Counted from the first letter of the stretch, positions 1-9,433 are shown. The stretch is 64,000 nt of DNA from Candidatus Thorarchaeota archaeon (GCA_029855935.1 JAGSHN010000025.1:96001-160000), one strand, 5' to 3'. Notes: generated by a model from the letters alone, not told the origin. Translations and numbers: made by a program.

Positions 1-345
1 TCTGCTATCTTCACCATCGACACGCCCAAGGAGGCGAGACGAAAGGTGATGAATGCCTTTACTGGAGGGCGCACATCTGCGAGAGAGCAGAGGGAACTCG
101 GGGGAAATCCGGATGTCTGTTCCGTGTTCCTCTACTACAAGTTCGTCTTCATGCCCGATGACAAGGATCTGGCCGACATCGAGCAGAAGTGCCGGGGCGG
201 TGAGATACTCTGCGGGGAGTGCAAGCAGATACTTGCGGGAATGGTGGAGGAGTTCCTAGAGCGACATCAGATGGCTCGCGAGGAGGTCAAGGACCGCGTG
301 GAGGAATTCTCTGCTGCACGGCTGAGAGAGGAGAAGAGGCGCTGA
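1..345 (+). CDS. trpS: Tryptophanyl-tRNA synthetase, C-terminal part (gene starts before the window)
   Basis: AFTGGRTSAREQRELGGNPDVC...CRGGEILCGECK is the archaeal/eukaryote-type TrpRS C-terminus; the frame is open from base 1. Confidence 0.93.
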   Translation, partial: SAIFTIDTPKEARRKVMNAFTGGRTSAREQRELGGNPDVCSVFLYYKFVFMPDDKDLADIEQKCRGGEILCGECKQILAGMVEEFLERHQMAREEVKDRVEEFSAARLREEKRR

Positions 346-454
346 CACGGCAATGGCGCCAGAGGTTGCTCGCGGGACACACGGAACATCCTATGCGGCC
401 GGACAGGTCGTCAACCGAAGAAGTAAAGTCATCACGGGACTCGGGACTGCTGCG

Positions 455-515
455 TGTGCTGACAATCGGAATCGGTCAGACCAACTCCGTCATTGGTCAT
501 ATTGATGCCAATCCG
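455..515 (+). pseudogene. Remnant of a nitrilase-family gene 5' end
   Basis: VLTIGIGQTNSVIGHIDAN aligns with VRIGIGQMSPVIGDTRSN at 3017 (aatcggaatcggtcag vs aatcggaatcggccag) and lies at about the same distance after the trpS stop. Confidence 0.65.
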
Positions 516-647
516 ATCTCGCTCAACTTCGTCGGGTCGCCCCGGGTCATTTTGTCCACCATCATCGTGGTGATACCGCTGGACACGACCCATCTAGTCT
601 TGCAGAGCGGGCAGGGGTATCTTGGAGAAAAAATCAGAATTGACCAA

Positions 648-1607
648 CTACATTCGCACTCCATAGACACAACGTTCGTTCTTGCTGTTTGCTAGAAGCC
701 ATTTCACGCCCACAATCTGATAGGCATCCTTGAGGATCTCGATGGTTCTGCTGACAAGAGCCTTCTTACCTGTCTCTGACTTGTAGATCAGTTTTGACGT
801 CATCAGCAAATGTCCGTTCTCCCTCAGCAGGTCACTAGCACGAACCATTGTCTCTGCGCTCTCTCTTGGATCCCGATTCATGTCACACACTATCATATCA
901 AATGGTGCATATCGCCCCAGTTCATCAATGACGCTCTCAAATTTGGCGCGGATATGAACGATGTTTGGTGCCTCAATCTGGAGATTTGCAGGATCAACTG
1001 CAATGACTTTGGCAGTACGACCGCAGAGATATTGTGACCAACCTCCGGGTGCAGCTCCAATATCCAGTACATTCCAAGTCTTCGACACTGGAATGTTGAA
1101 TCTCTGAATTGCCTCCTCAATCTTGTAATATGCTCCACATACAGGCTCGAACGTCTTCGCTTTTTTTCTGAAAAAGAATTCGCGGGGAAAAATGCCATAG
1201 TAATAGACATCTTGAATCTGCAATACATACAGCACTGTAGTAAAATGAGTTGGGGAGAGTTCAACGTGTTCTTCCAGCATTGCCAACAGCTGGTCTTGTA
1301 GAGCCCTTGGATGACCTTGGACCCTCAACACCATGGTCTCGTCCTTATCAATGAAGCCATCTTGAGCGACACTGGAGAAAAAGGATGGAAGTTCAGTTGA
1401 TGTAGCATTGGCAAGGAATACCCTGTTAACATAGCGCGATGGATATGTGTTTTCAATAGCCTTCAGGAATTCGATGCCCTCTTCCTGAGAAATGGAAGTT
1501 CTCACAAACCGTTCCATATGTTCAAATTGGTAGGGATAGATTTCACACAAATAGGTCGAGAGCCTTCTCGATACATCGGACTCTATGAAGACATCAATAG
1601 TGCCCAT
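648..1607 (-). CDS. FtsJ/RlmM-like SAM-dependent RNA 2'-O-methyltransferase
   Basis: VLDIGAAPGGWS motif I, VIAVDPA, DMIVCDMN, upstream YKIEEA and C-terminal K...ER, fitting the K-D-K-E tetrad; visibly AT-richer than the flanks. Confidence 0.85.
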   Translation of the reverse strand: MGTIDVFIESDVSRRLSTYLCEIYPYQFEHMERFVRTSISQEEGIEFLKAIENTYPSRYVNRVFLANATSTELPSFFSSVAQDGFIDKDETMVLRVQGHPRALQDQLLAMLEEHVELSPTHFTTVLYVLQIQDVYYYGIFPREFFFRKKAKTFEPVCGAYYKIEEAIQRFNIPVSKTWNVLDIGAAPGGWSQYLCGRTAKVIAVDPANLQIEAPNIVHIRAKFESVIDELGRYAPFDMIVCDMNRDPRESAETMVRASDLLRENGHLLMTSKLIYKSETGKKALVSRTIEILKDAYQIVGVKWLLANSKNERCVYGVRM

Positions 1608-1876
1608 AACGGAGGCAACCGCCTAACTTGTTTAAAAGTCGTTTTAGATATGGGAGTCGTGAGCGGGCCACGAACAGCAAACTTGTCTGCCAATACAAGT
1701 GGGGAGGCCAAGACTATTGATGGCGACATAGAAGTTACTGAATTACCGGAAAAAACTGCGGAGGCTCGAGATACTCCCACGTGACCAAAGCGATTACTGA
1801 TTGATTCACTGTGTGCCACGCGGACGGGGGTATTCTGGGCCCTACTATCTCTAACAGATTGGGTCAGGTATGTGAT

Positions 1877-2120
1877 CTACGGGGTCTCGCGCGGCCGCGA
1901 CCATGAGAGGTCTATTCGCAGACGAGTGAACTGTCTTCTGGGGCTGACCTCGATGCCCTCAACGGGCTCTTCTGGGGGGAGCACGATATTGCCCTCCTTC
2001 TTACTCGGCATCGGCAGTTCGGGCCAATTGCCCTGACGAAGGTGTTCTGCGGTTGCCGCGAGGAGTTCACTGACTGAGGAGAGTCTTTTCCTCTTCAAAC
2101 TCATAGTCGCCTATTCGCAT
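1877..2120 (-). pseudogene. amphi-Trp domain protein, probably frameshifted
   Basis: SELLAATAEHLRQG...VLPPEEPVEGIEV...RLRIDLSW resembles amphi-Trp; a plausible N-terminus (MRIGDYEFEEEKTL, ATG at 2120) is in another frame. Confidence 0.5.
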
Positions 2121-2282
2121 CCGCTGCACCTCTGGGAGATATGACTTCAACATAGCACTCCGTGGCCCCTTCTATGCGTGACTGCGGCGCAGACCGACGT
2201 ATCTCACGATATTGTTCAGTCTGGTAGCGAGCAGGAGAGATGATGCCTCTGGTAGAGTTGCAGCCGACGTGTCGCGAAAAAG

Positions 2283-2906
2283 GTGACACTCTCCACTGCG
2301 CGTGCCGTGTACGGTTTTGACAATAGTATGAACATCGGCGCCATCTGGTACACCGCCCTTCAGACGCTCCCGGCGTTCCTCCATTCCGAGAACTACGGGG
2401 TCAAGACCCCGTGCCTGATTCCGTGCGCCATCGACCAAGACCCCCATTGGCGAGTCGCGAAAGACGTGGCGGAGAAGCTAGGCTACTATGGGCCCGGATC
2501 GATTCAGAACAAGTTCGTCCCCCGTCTTGCAGAGGGCGGAAAGATGGCGGCGTCTGACCCGATGTTGGCTATCTTCACTGTGGACTCCCCAAAGATGGCC
2601 AAAAACGAAGTGATGAACGCCTTCAGGGGTGGCCGTACGTCGGCAAAGGAGCAGCGGGAGCTTGGTGGCAGTCCGGACATCGCTTCGGTGTTCATGTACT
2701 ACAAGTTCGTCTCTATGCCCGACGACAGGGACCTTCAGCACATAGAACAGAAATACCGCGGCGGAGAGATACTCTGCGGCGAGTGCAAGCAGATACTCGT
2801 TCTATGGTGGCCAATCTTCTCGAGAGAAATCAGGCTGCCAGAGAGGAGGCAAAGGAGAGTCGACGAGTTCTCCGCCTCACATCTGAGAGATGAGATCAGA
2901 CGATAG
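2283..2906 (+). pseudogene. trpS: Truncated second trpS copy (C-terminal half)
   Basis: CLIPCAIDQDPHWR, KMAAS (KMSxS degenerate) and GEILCGECK are present; it lacks the HIGH-containing N-half and loses similarity (frameshift) after CKQIL. Confidence 0.88.
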
Positions 2907-3016
2907 TGGATACTCCCGCCCGGTGCCTAGACGCTGAGCGATGAGCGTCATTCTGCTTGCCCCCGACCAACAAAGGTATAGGGCCGTGTTTGCGCACCAC
3001 GGCAGGGAGATGAGAC

Positions 3017-3811
3017 TTGGTACGAATCGGAATCGGCCAGATGTCTCCAGTCATTGGCGACACGAGGTCGAATCTCAAGATACTTGATCGGTTGCTCTAT
3101 GAGGCTGAGAGGGCCGAGGTGAACGTCCTAGTCCTACCAGAGCTCGCCAACTCGGGATACGCATTCGAGACTGGCGAGGAGGCTGCAGCAAGTGCCGAGG
3201 TCATACCAGAGGGGCCGTTCTCCAGTAGGCTTGCTGACTGGTCCAGCCGCGGGCTTGTGATCTCCGGGATCTGCGAGACCGATGGGGATGATCTGTACAA
3301 CTCCGCTGCTGTGTTCGCAGATGGTGACTACATTGTGACGTATAGGAAGGTCCATCTCTTCAACAGGGAGAAGCTGTTCTTCAAGCCAGGAGACAAGGAA
3401 CCACCTGTCATCGAATACGGAGGACACAGGTACGGCCTGATGATATGCTGGGACTGGGTGTTCCCAGAGATGGCGAGAATACTGGCATTGAAGGGCGCGC
3501 AGGTGATTCTTCATCCTGCCAATCTCGTTCTACCGTACTGCCACAGGGCGATGGTCACAAGGTCCATTGAGAACGGAGTCTTCACGGTCACCGCAAACCG
3601 AACGGGAACGGAGAGAGGCCTCAAGTTCTACGGGGAGTCGCAGGTCGTCTCACCGCGTGGTGAGGTCTTGCTCAAGATGAGCGGTGATGAAACAGCTGTC
3701 AGATGGGTCGATGTCAATCCGGCAGACGCAGACGACAAGATGCTGACTGAGAGGAATCATCTGCTCAGAGACCGCAGGCCCGCGATATACAGACGTCTTG
3801 TAGAAGAGTGA
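3017..3811 (+). CDS. Nitrilase-superfamily carbon-nitrogen hydrolase
   Basis: LVLPEL, YRKVHLF and ICWD give the E-K-C triad. Confidence 0.93.
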   Translation: MVRIGIGQMSPVIGDTRSNLKILDRLLYEAERAEVNVLVLPELANSGYAFETGEEAAASAEVIPEGPFSSRLADWSSRGLVISGICETDGDDLYNSAAVFADGDYIVTYRKVHLFNREKLFFKPGDKEPPVIEYGGHRYGLMICWDWVFPEMARILALKGAQVILHPANLVLPYCHRAMVTRSIENGVFTVTANRTGTERGLKFYGESQVVSPRGEVLLKMSGDETAVRWVDVNPADADDKMLTERNHLLRDRRPAIYRRLVEE

Positions 3812-4171
3812 CTAGAACCTGAGCGGCGCGCGCCCTCTCCACTTGTCGGCGGGATACTTGATGGCGTTCCGCTCCATCTTCGACACTATCGCGTCGGAGA
3901 GGTCAATGTCAAGAGCATCCGCGAGACGCACAAGATAGATGATCACGTCTGCCATCTCGTCAGCCACTGCACCTCTGAACTCCTCTGAGTCAGACAGGCG
4001 AGCGACATCATCGTCGGTGAGCCACTGGAAATTCGCCAGTAGCTCGCCCATCTCGATGGCCGCAGACATCGCCAGTGCTGAGGGCCGATGAAATCTCTCC
4101 CAGTCGCGTTCCCTAACGAATCTCCGCACTATCTCGGTGATGCGCCCCAGTGTGAGGTCGCCATCGGACAA
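3812..4171 (-). CDS. MazG-like nucleotide pyrophosphohydrolase (DCTPP1-like)
   Basis: FVRERDWERFH, EMGEL..FQW, DEMADV, NAIKYP. Confidence 0.9.
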   Translation of the reverse strand: MSDGDLTLGRITEIVRRFVRERDWERFHRPSALAMSAAIEMGELLANFQWLTDDDVARLSDSEEFRGAVADEMADVIIYLVRLADALDIDLSDAIVSKMERNAIKYPADKWRGRAPLRF

Positions 4172-4186
4172 GACTGCACTCTCCGA

Positions 4187-4678
4187 CTACTCTGGCGGGT
4201 TGGTCATCGTCCTCTGGATCAGCCACAGTGTATAGAGTGCGAAGAACACTATCATAGCGGTACCGTAAAGGAGAGAGGTCTCAATGCCAGGAAAGAGATG
4301 ACCCCCCATTATTGTCACAATTGTGTCGGCGGTACCGAGAACACCACAGACAAGGGCGATGAGAATGTTCGTGAGCCCGCCGTACTTCATCCGGGACTCT
4401 GTTGGCGTGTACCAGACATTGATGCCCATCACAATGGCCACTCCGACGAGTATCCATAGGAGGTACATCCCTACGAAGAGCCAGTTGTACACGCGCCACA
4501 CAGAGTATGGCGTGAGGAGTACTATCCCGAATCCAAGGAGCATCAGGACAAAGACCGTCGGCGGCCACGGATCCTCTGCGAACTTCTTGAGTCGGCTGGG
4601 CTCAAACTCGACACCGAGTTCTTCCACGAGATCGGCATCACGTTGCTCATCTTGCGGGTCGGCCTCATCGTGGGTCAT
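4187..4678 (-). CDS. Hypothetical membrane protein (~4 TM)
   Basis: Acidic N-terminus followed by four hydrophobic segments; ATG at 4678 is preferred to the longer ORF that overlaps the TPR gene. Confidence 0.75.
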   Translation of the reverse strand: MTHDEADPQDEQRDADLVEELGVEFEPSRLKKFAEDPWPPTVFVLMLLGFGIVLLTPYSVWRVYNWLFVGMYLLWILVGVAIVMGINVWYTPTESRMKYGGLTNILIALVCGVLGTADTIVTIMGGHLFPGIETSLLYGTAMIVFFALYTLWLIQRTMTNPPE

Positions 4679-4795
4679 TGTCCATCCAGACAGCCGAGGA
4701 AAGACCCCGTTAAAACCCTTGTCGTCAGCACCGGGACCCAGCTCGGACGGTCTACCCACACAACGGTTAAGTTTACCGAGGCTGTAACCTCCCCT

Positions 4796-5389
4796 ATGTC
4801 TGACGACATCTCTGACGCCAAGGTGCTGCTGCAACAGGCGAGAGTCCTGAGACAGCAGGGGGAGAACAAGAAGGCCATCAAGGCCTACAGGGACGTTCTT
4901 GACTTGGACCCCGACTGCATTGATGCTCTCAACGAGATGGGAGAGGTCCTCATCAAGATTGGCGAGCAGTCAGAGGCGATAAGGGCCTTTGACACAGCGA
5001 TATCCAAGAGACCCAAGGACTACAGGGCCCACTCGAACAAGGCCGAGGCCTACCTGACAATCGGAGACTTCGACAGTGCGCTGATGGCGGCTGAGGAGGG
5101 CCTGCGCCACTGCCCCGACTCAGAGGAGTTGTGGGTCAAGAAGGCAAGGGCGCTTGAGAGCGTGTTCAAAATCGAGGAGGCGGCCGAGGCCTACCGCCAA
5201 GCGCTGAAGATCAACTCTACCGACCCCGAGATCTGGAAGGCACTGGCACTGACACTCGACGCACTGCAGAAATGGGAAGAGGTCGCCAGAGCGTATACGA
5301 TAGCCGCGGACCTACACAAGAGGCGTGGTGAGATGCAGGACTATGAGAGCTGCCTCAGATTCGCCAAGATGGCGAAGGAGTCCTCGTAG
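4796..5389 (+). CDS. TPR-repeat protein
   Basis: Repeated A...Y..AL..DP/NS helical pattern, about 5 TPRs. Confidence 0.88.
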   Translation: MSDDISDAKVLLQQARVLRQQGENKKAIKAYRDVLDLDPDCIDALNEMGEVLIKIGEQSEAIRAFDTAISKRPKDYRAHSNKAEAYLTIGDFDSALMAAEEGLRHCPDSEELWVKKARALESVFKIEEAAEAYRQALKINSTDPEIWKALALTLDALQKWEEVARAYTIAADLHKRRGEMQDYESCLRFAKMAKESS

Positions 5390-5435
5390 GCACTGAGCCA
5401 GAAGATTGGCAGTGCAGGAATCGTGGGCCTCATAG

Positions 5436-5486
5436 AAAAAAAAGGAGAGGAGAGACGGTCCGTGAGGATCACCGCTACCGTCTCTC
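5436..5486 (-). terminator. Hairpin plus U-tract after the PLD gene
   Basis: Perfect 10-bp stem gagagacggt(5450-5459)/accgtctctc(5477-5486), then A8 (5436-5443), which reads U8 on the minus strand. Confidence 0.65.
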
Positions 5487-5498
5487 GCGTTCAACCTC

Positions 5499-7199
5499 TC
5501 ACCTACGCCGGCGAGACCTGCGTCGGCGCGACTTCTTCAACCAGCCCATCTTGTAGGCAAGAGCCAATACGAGAGACACGACAATTGCTGCAATGATTGG
5601 ACCGTACTGTACCAAGAACTGTTGCAGCGGGCTCAGCGTAGTGGTTGTTGTGGTCGTCGTGGTCGTTGTGGTCGTCGTGGTCACAACAGAGCCGAGTCTA
5701 TCACGAACGTGAATCACCATCGGGACCCCGGTGTGCCACGTGGAGCCTACAAGTATCCGAGCGACCACTGTGATGTTTGTCCCGTCGGGCTGTGGATCAA
5801 TGAGATAGTAGTATGTCTCGTAGTCGCCCTCCTCGGACTTGGTGATGTTGTTGATTATTGAAACGTTCGTCCAGTCGCCGGACCCTATCTTGATGTCCAG
5901 CTCAACATCATCAACGGGGCTGGAGTTCAAAGCATGAGCGAACACCGTCACGTTGATCGGAGATGTGCTCTTCGGGATGTTCGGCTCCCAATAGAGGTTC
6001 ACATCATCCTGGACGTCCGTGTCCGCAATGCTCCAGTCAAAGTCGTAGATCTGCTGATACCACTGGGCCACATCTTGATTCTCGACTATCACACCAGCCT
6101 CGCGGTTCTCCGTGATGCTGCCGTCACTGAAGTTGATACTACAGATGAGGACAATACGCCCATCAGCGATGACTGCCTTGTTGTGGTTCGCTGTGAACCA
6201 GCGGGTGTCCTGCCACACAATCGGGATGCCATTGCTGTGGAGGATGTCTGCAATCTCAAGATAGTCCTTCTCCTCCTCAGTTATGACGCGGACAGTGACA
6301 CCACGTCGCTTGGCGGCAAGTATTGCATCGACTATCTGGTCAACAGCACCACCATCGCCCACGTTTGTGAAGTACGGTATCTGGATGTCAAGGGTCACCT
6401 GAGCGCTGTTTATCACATACAGGTAGGCCTGCAGGCTCGTGTCAGGACTGAAGACGGGTGTCACATTCATTTGCCCGCTGAAATGACCCGGTTCGGCAAA
6501 CGGACGCGGATATGTGCTGCTCGACTCGGTGTATGATAGTGGTGCCCCTGTTCCGTCCGTGACGGGATCATAGTCTCTCCCACGGCTCCAGTCGTAGTCG
6601 AAGACATTCCTGTAGTATGCCGTGACATCGATGTCGGTCATCGCAATGCTCCACTCGCGGTTGGCCTTCTTGCCTGCCTCGGGGAAGGAGGTCTTGGCCC
6701 AGTTTCCGGCATGGATCACGGTCGTCTTGTTGTCAATTATCACGAACTTCTGATGCGCATACGTGAAGTCAGAGCTGTTAGTCCATCTCACCTCGAACCC
6801 AAGCTGAGTAAGGTTGTTGGCCACGTACTTGTTCGGCTCAGGATAGCCAAGGCTGTTCCAGCCGATTAGAAACTTCATGTCAAGACTGGGTCGCTCGGCG
6901 TGAATCTCGTGGATGAGGTCCAAGATGTACGGATTGTTGATGCCGTAGATCTCCACATAGATGCTCTGACGCGCACTGCGCAGAATCTGCCACAGCGCAT
7001 CGCGACTGCCATCCGGGCTCGCGAATGTTGTCACATTCATGTTCTTGTGAAAGGTCTGCCACTCGAATGCGAGTGGTACTGTACTCTCGGTAGGTAGTGT
7101 AGTTGTAGCCCGTGCGGGCGTCGGGGACAGCATGATGATAGCTGGAGAGATCATAAGGAGGATTGCAAAGAGAACAGATATTCGAGTATGAAACTTCAC
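5499..7199 (-). CDS. Exported, C-terminally anchored phospholipase D-superfamily protein
   Basis: Signal peptide; two HxKxxxxD motifs (HQKFVIID, HNKAVIAD); poly-Thr linker, TM helix and Arg-rich tail. Confidence 0.88.
   Translation of the reverse strand: MKFHTRISVLFAILLMISPAIIMLSPTPARATTTLPTESTVPLAFEWQTFHKNMNVTTFASPDGSRDALWQILRSARQSIYVEIYGINNPYILDLIHEIHAERPSLDMKFLIGWNSLGYPEPNKYVANNLTQLGFEVRWTNSSDFTYAHQKFVIIDNKTTVIHAGNWAKTSFPEAGKKANREWSIAMTDIDVTAYYRNVFDYDWSRGRDYDPVTDGTGAPLSYTESSSTYPRPFAEPGHFSGQMNVTPVFSPDTSLQAYLYVINSAQVTLDIQIPYFTNVGDGGAVDQIVDAILAAKRRGVTVRVITEEEKDYLEIADILHSNGIPIVWQDTRWFTANHNKAVIADGRIVLICSINFSDGSITENREAGVIVENQDVAQWYQQIYDFDWSIADTDVQDDVNLYWEPNIPKSTSPINVTVFAHALNSSPVDDVELDIKIGSGDWTNVSIINNITKSEEGDYETYYYLIDPQPDGTNITVVARILVGSTWHTGVPMVIHVRDRLGSVVTTTTTTTTTTTTTTTLSPLQQFLVQYGPIIAAIVVSLVLALAYKMGWLKKSRRRRSRRRR
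5638..5682. repeat. Degenerate 9-nt tandem repeat encoding the poly-Thr linker
   Basis: gtggttgtt-gtggtcgtc-gtggtcgtt-gtggtcgtc-gtggt. Confidence 0.8.
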
Positions 7200-7291
7200 G
7201 GTTGTTGCCCCATTGTTTGAAACTGTTCAACTTGTCTTGATACAGCACTTATAACTTGTCTTCGGGTACATCCAAGTGAGAGTGATATGCT

Positions 7292-7549
7292 GTGCGACTC
7301 TATTACCGAGTGAGCCCGAGTGAATACCGCGAGATGCTGGACAAGGTGAAGGAAAGGTTTGGCATGCACGAAGAGATCGATGAGGACAAGACAATGCTGA
7401 TGCTTGATGATACGTCAAGAATCGAACTCGTGAGTGCGAGCTACGACCCCACTACCGATGAGGACGTTCACATTCGAGTTGTGATCAACGATGAGTCACT
7501 GAGAGAGGTCTTCGATGGTGTGTTCGGCCCACCGTATCGTGTGAAATAG
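7292..7549 (+). CDS. Small hypothetical protein
   Basis: 85-aa ORF with protein-like composition; TATA-like cttataa at ~7248 upstream. Confidence 0.75.
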   Translation: MRLYYRVSPSEYREMLDKVKERFGMHEEIDEDKTMLMLDDTSRIELVSASYDPTTDEDVHIRVVINDESLREVFDGVFGPPYRVK

Positions 7550-7557
7550 ACAATTCG

Positions 7558-7619
7558 AAAAAAAGCGGAGATACCCGCAGACAGGGACACTGCCTCACAC
7601 TCGAAGCAGAATCCCTGTC
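7558..7619 (-). terminator. Hairpin plus U-tract after the ferredoxin gene
   Basis: gacaggga(7580-7587)/tccctgtc(7612-7619) with an inner 7-bp stem; A7 at 7558-7564. Confidence 0.6.
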
Positions 7620-7657
7620 GTGCGCCCCTACTGTCTTGCTGACCAGTGTAGGACCAA

Positions 7658-7843
7658 CTAGCCCTCTGAGATTGCGCCCTCGGGACAGCTGTCCACACAG
7701 GCATAGCATTCGGTGCACTCGTCTGCCCGATCGACCAGGTACTTTGCCTTGTCATTGATCTCGTACAGCGGAGGTTCTATGGGACAGGCTTCCGCACAGG
7801 TGCCACATCCAGTGCACAGATTCTCGTCTACCTTCCAGATCAT
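7658..7843 (-). CDS. 2[4Fe-4S] ferredoxin
   Basis: CTGCGTCAEACP and CTECYACVDSCP; ATG at 7843 after aggtga. Confidence 0.93.
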   Translation of the reverse strand: MIWKVDENLCTGCGTCAEACPIEPPLYEINDKAKYLVDRADECTECYACVDSCPEGAISEG

Positions 7844-8080
7844 ATCTGTCACCTTCCGAACCGCTCGTTCGGCGACGGTGGGGCGACCGTATTGGCTTTT
7901 AAATTTCGGGGTATCACCGCGAACGGAACATACAGCAGATGGCCACGTGGCCGAGAGAGAGGCTCTACGAGGCCATTTCAAGCACATCAAAAATTTGAAA
8001 AGAACCCACTTGCGCCCTACGAGTTCAACGACTCTCACAAGAGACTCCTGCCGGGGAGGACGTACAGGGAAGGAAAGGCC

Positions 8081-9418
8081 TTGACCGAGACATTTGGCGA
8101 CAAGGAGAGAAGCAGCAAGTTCGCCCGGCGACTCGGCCTGATTGGTGCAACAAACATCGGCCTAGGGGCGATGCTGGGAGGCGGCATCTATGTCATCTCG
8201 GGGGTGGCCGCGGGTATGGTCGGGCCTGCAATCATCGTGGCATACCTCCTGACTGGATTCCTGACCGTCTTCACAGCAATCAACTATGCAGAGCTTGCCT
8301 GTTCAATCCCGAAGCAGGGCGGAGGCTACACCTTCGCTCACGACACGTTCGGTGGCTTTCCTGCATTTCTGACAGGCTGGTTCTTGCTCATCGGGAATCT
8401 TGTGGCATGCGGGTTGTACGCTCTTGCAGTGGCACACACACTTGCGGTATTCATCCCAGGGGCCACTCAGGCGACAGTCGGACAGGTCGCGGTCGTGATA
8501 GTATTCGTCACATTCGTCATCAACATCATCAGTATTCGGGGAGTCAGTGGTGTCCTAGGACTGCTCAATGTGTTTCAGTCTCTGGTCCTGTTCTCATTCA
8601 TCTTTATTGGCCTGTTCTTTGTCCAGCCCACCAATCTCGACCCGTTCGTCAAGCCGGGCATTGGTCCGGTGGAGTTCATGGGCGCCGTGTCATTCATCTA
8701 CATATCCTTTGTCGGATTTGAGCTCATCACCACGGCCAGTGAGGAGATCAAGGAGCCTGCGAAGAACATACCCCGGGCCATCATGCTCACTCTACTCATC
8801 GCAACTGCTGTGTATATGGCCGCTGCACTTGTCATTGTCGGAGTCGTTCACTACAGTCACGTCGCAAACTCATACACGCCCATCGCAGACGTCTACGGCG
8901 TGATGTTTGGGCCAGCCGGCTACTACTTCGCTCTCGCTGGAATGGCAGCCTCGAACTATGCTGCCCTCAGTGCCACATTCCTCGCGACCGCACGAGTCGC
9001 CTATTCAATGGGGCGTGACAGATACTTGCCCACCTTTCTGGAGAGCGTCAGCCCGCGCTTCAAGACCCCGATTCCCGCACTCATTGTGACGTTCATCATA
9101 ATCAGCACATTCGCCATCACGGGCAATGTCAATATGGTCGCCTCATTGTCCGACTTTGGGTACCTCATCGGACTGTCAATAGTGAACGCATCCGTCATCG
9201 TTCTCAGGGAGAAGGGGCTCAGTGTACCAGGCACATTCAAGTCGCGATTCTACCCGGCCATGCCTGTTCTTGGCGTGATCACCTGTCTTTTGCTCGTCCC
9301 CACATTGCACCAGAGTACGCTCGTCCTCGGCGGAATAATGACCGTGGTCGGCCTGTTCATCTACGCGGTCTACTCACGGAGAAGAACAAGACTCAGGCTG
9401 GTGAACCGATGGGACTAG
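8081..9418 (+). CDS. APC-family amino acid permease
   Basis: GAMLGGGIY, YAELAC..P..GG.Y, FVGFE...SEEIKEP; ~12 TM; TTG start at 8081. Confidence 0.93.
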   Translation: MTETFGDKERSSKFARRLGLIGATNIGLGAMLGGGIYVISGVAAGMVGPAIIVAYLLTGFLTVFTAINYAELACSIPKQGGGYTFAHDTFGGFPAFLTGWFLLIGNLVACGLYALAVAHTLAVFIPGATQATVGQVAVVIVFVTFVINIISIRGVSGVLGLLNVFQSLVLFSFIFIGLFFVQPTNLDPFVKPGIGPVEFMGAVSFIYISFVGFELITTASEEIKEPAKNIPRAIMLTLLIATAVYMAAALVIVGVVHYSHVANSYTPIADVYGVMFGPAGYYFALAGMAASNYAALSATFLATARVAYSMGRDRYLPTFLESVSPRFKTPIPALIVTFIIISTFAITGNVNMVASLSDFGYLIGLSIVNASVIVLREKGLSVPGTFKSRFYPAMPVLGVITCLLLVPTLHQSTLVLGGIMTVVGLFIYAVYSRRRTRLRLVNRWD

Positions 9419-9433
9419 ATCCTCGCAACCACG

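Noticed and set aside
1651-1779. Imperfect inverted repeat tgggagtcgtgagc / gctcgagatactccca, plus similar ggggtat words at ~614 and ~1827, as element ends
   Set aside because: Short and imperfect, with no target-site duplication or transposase
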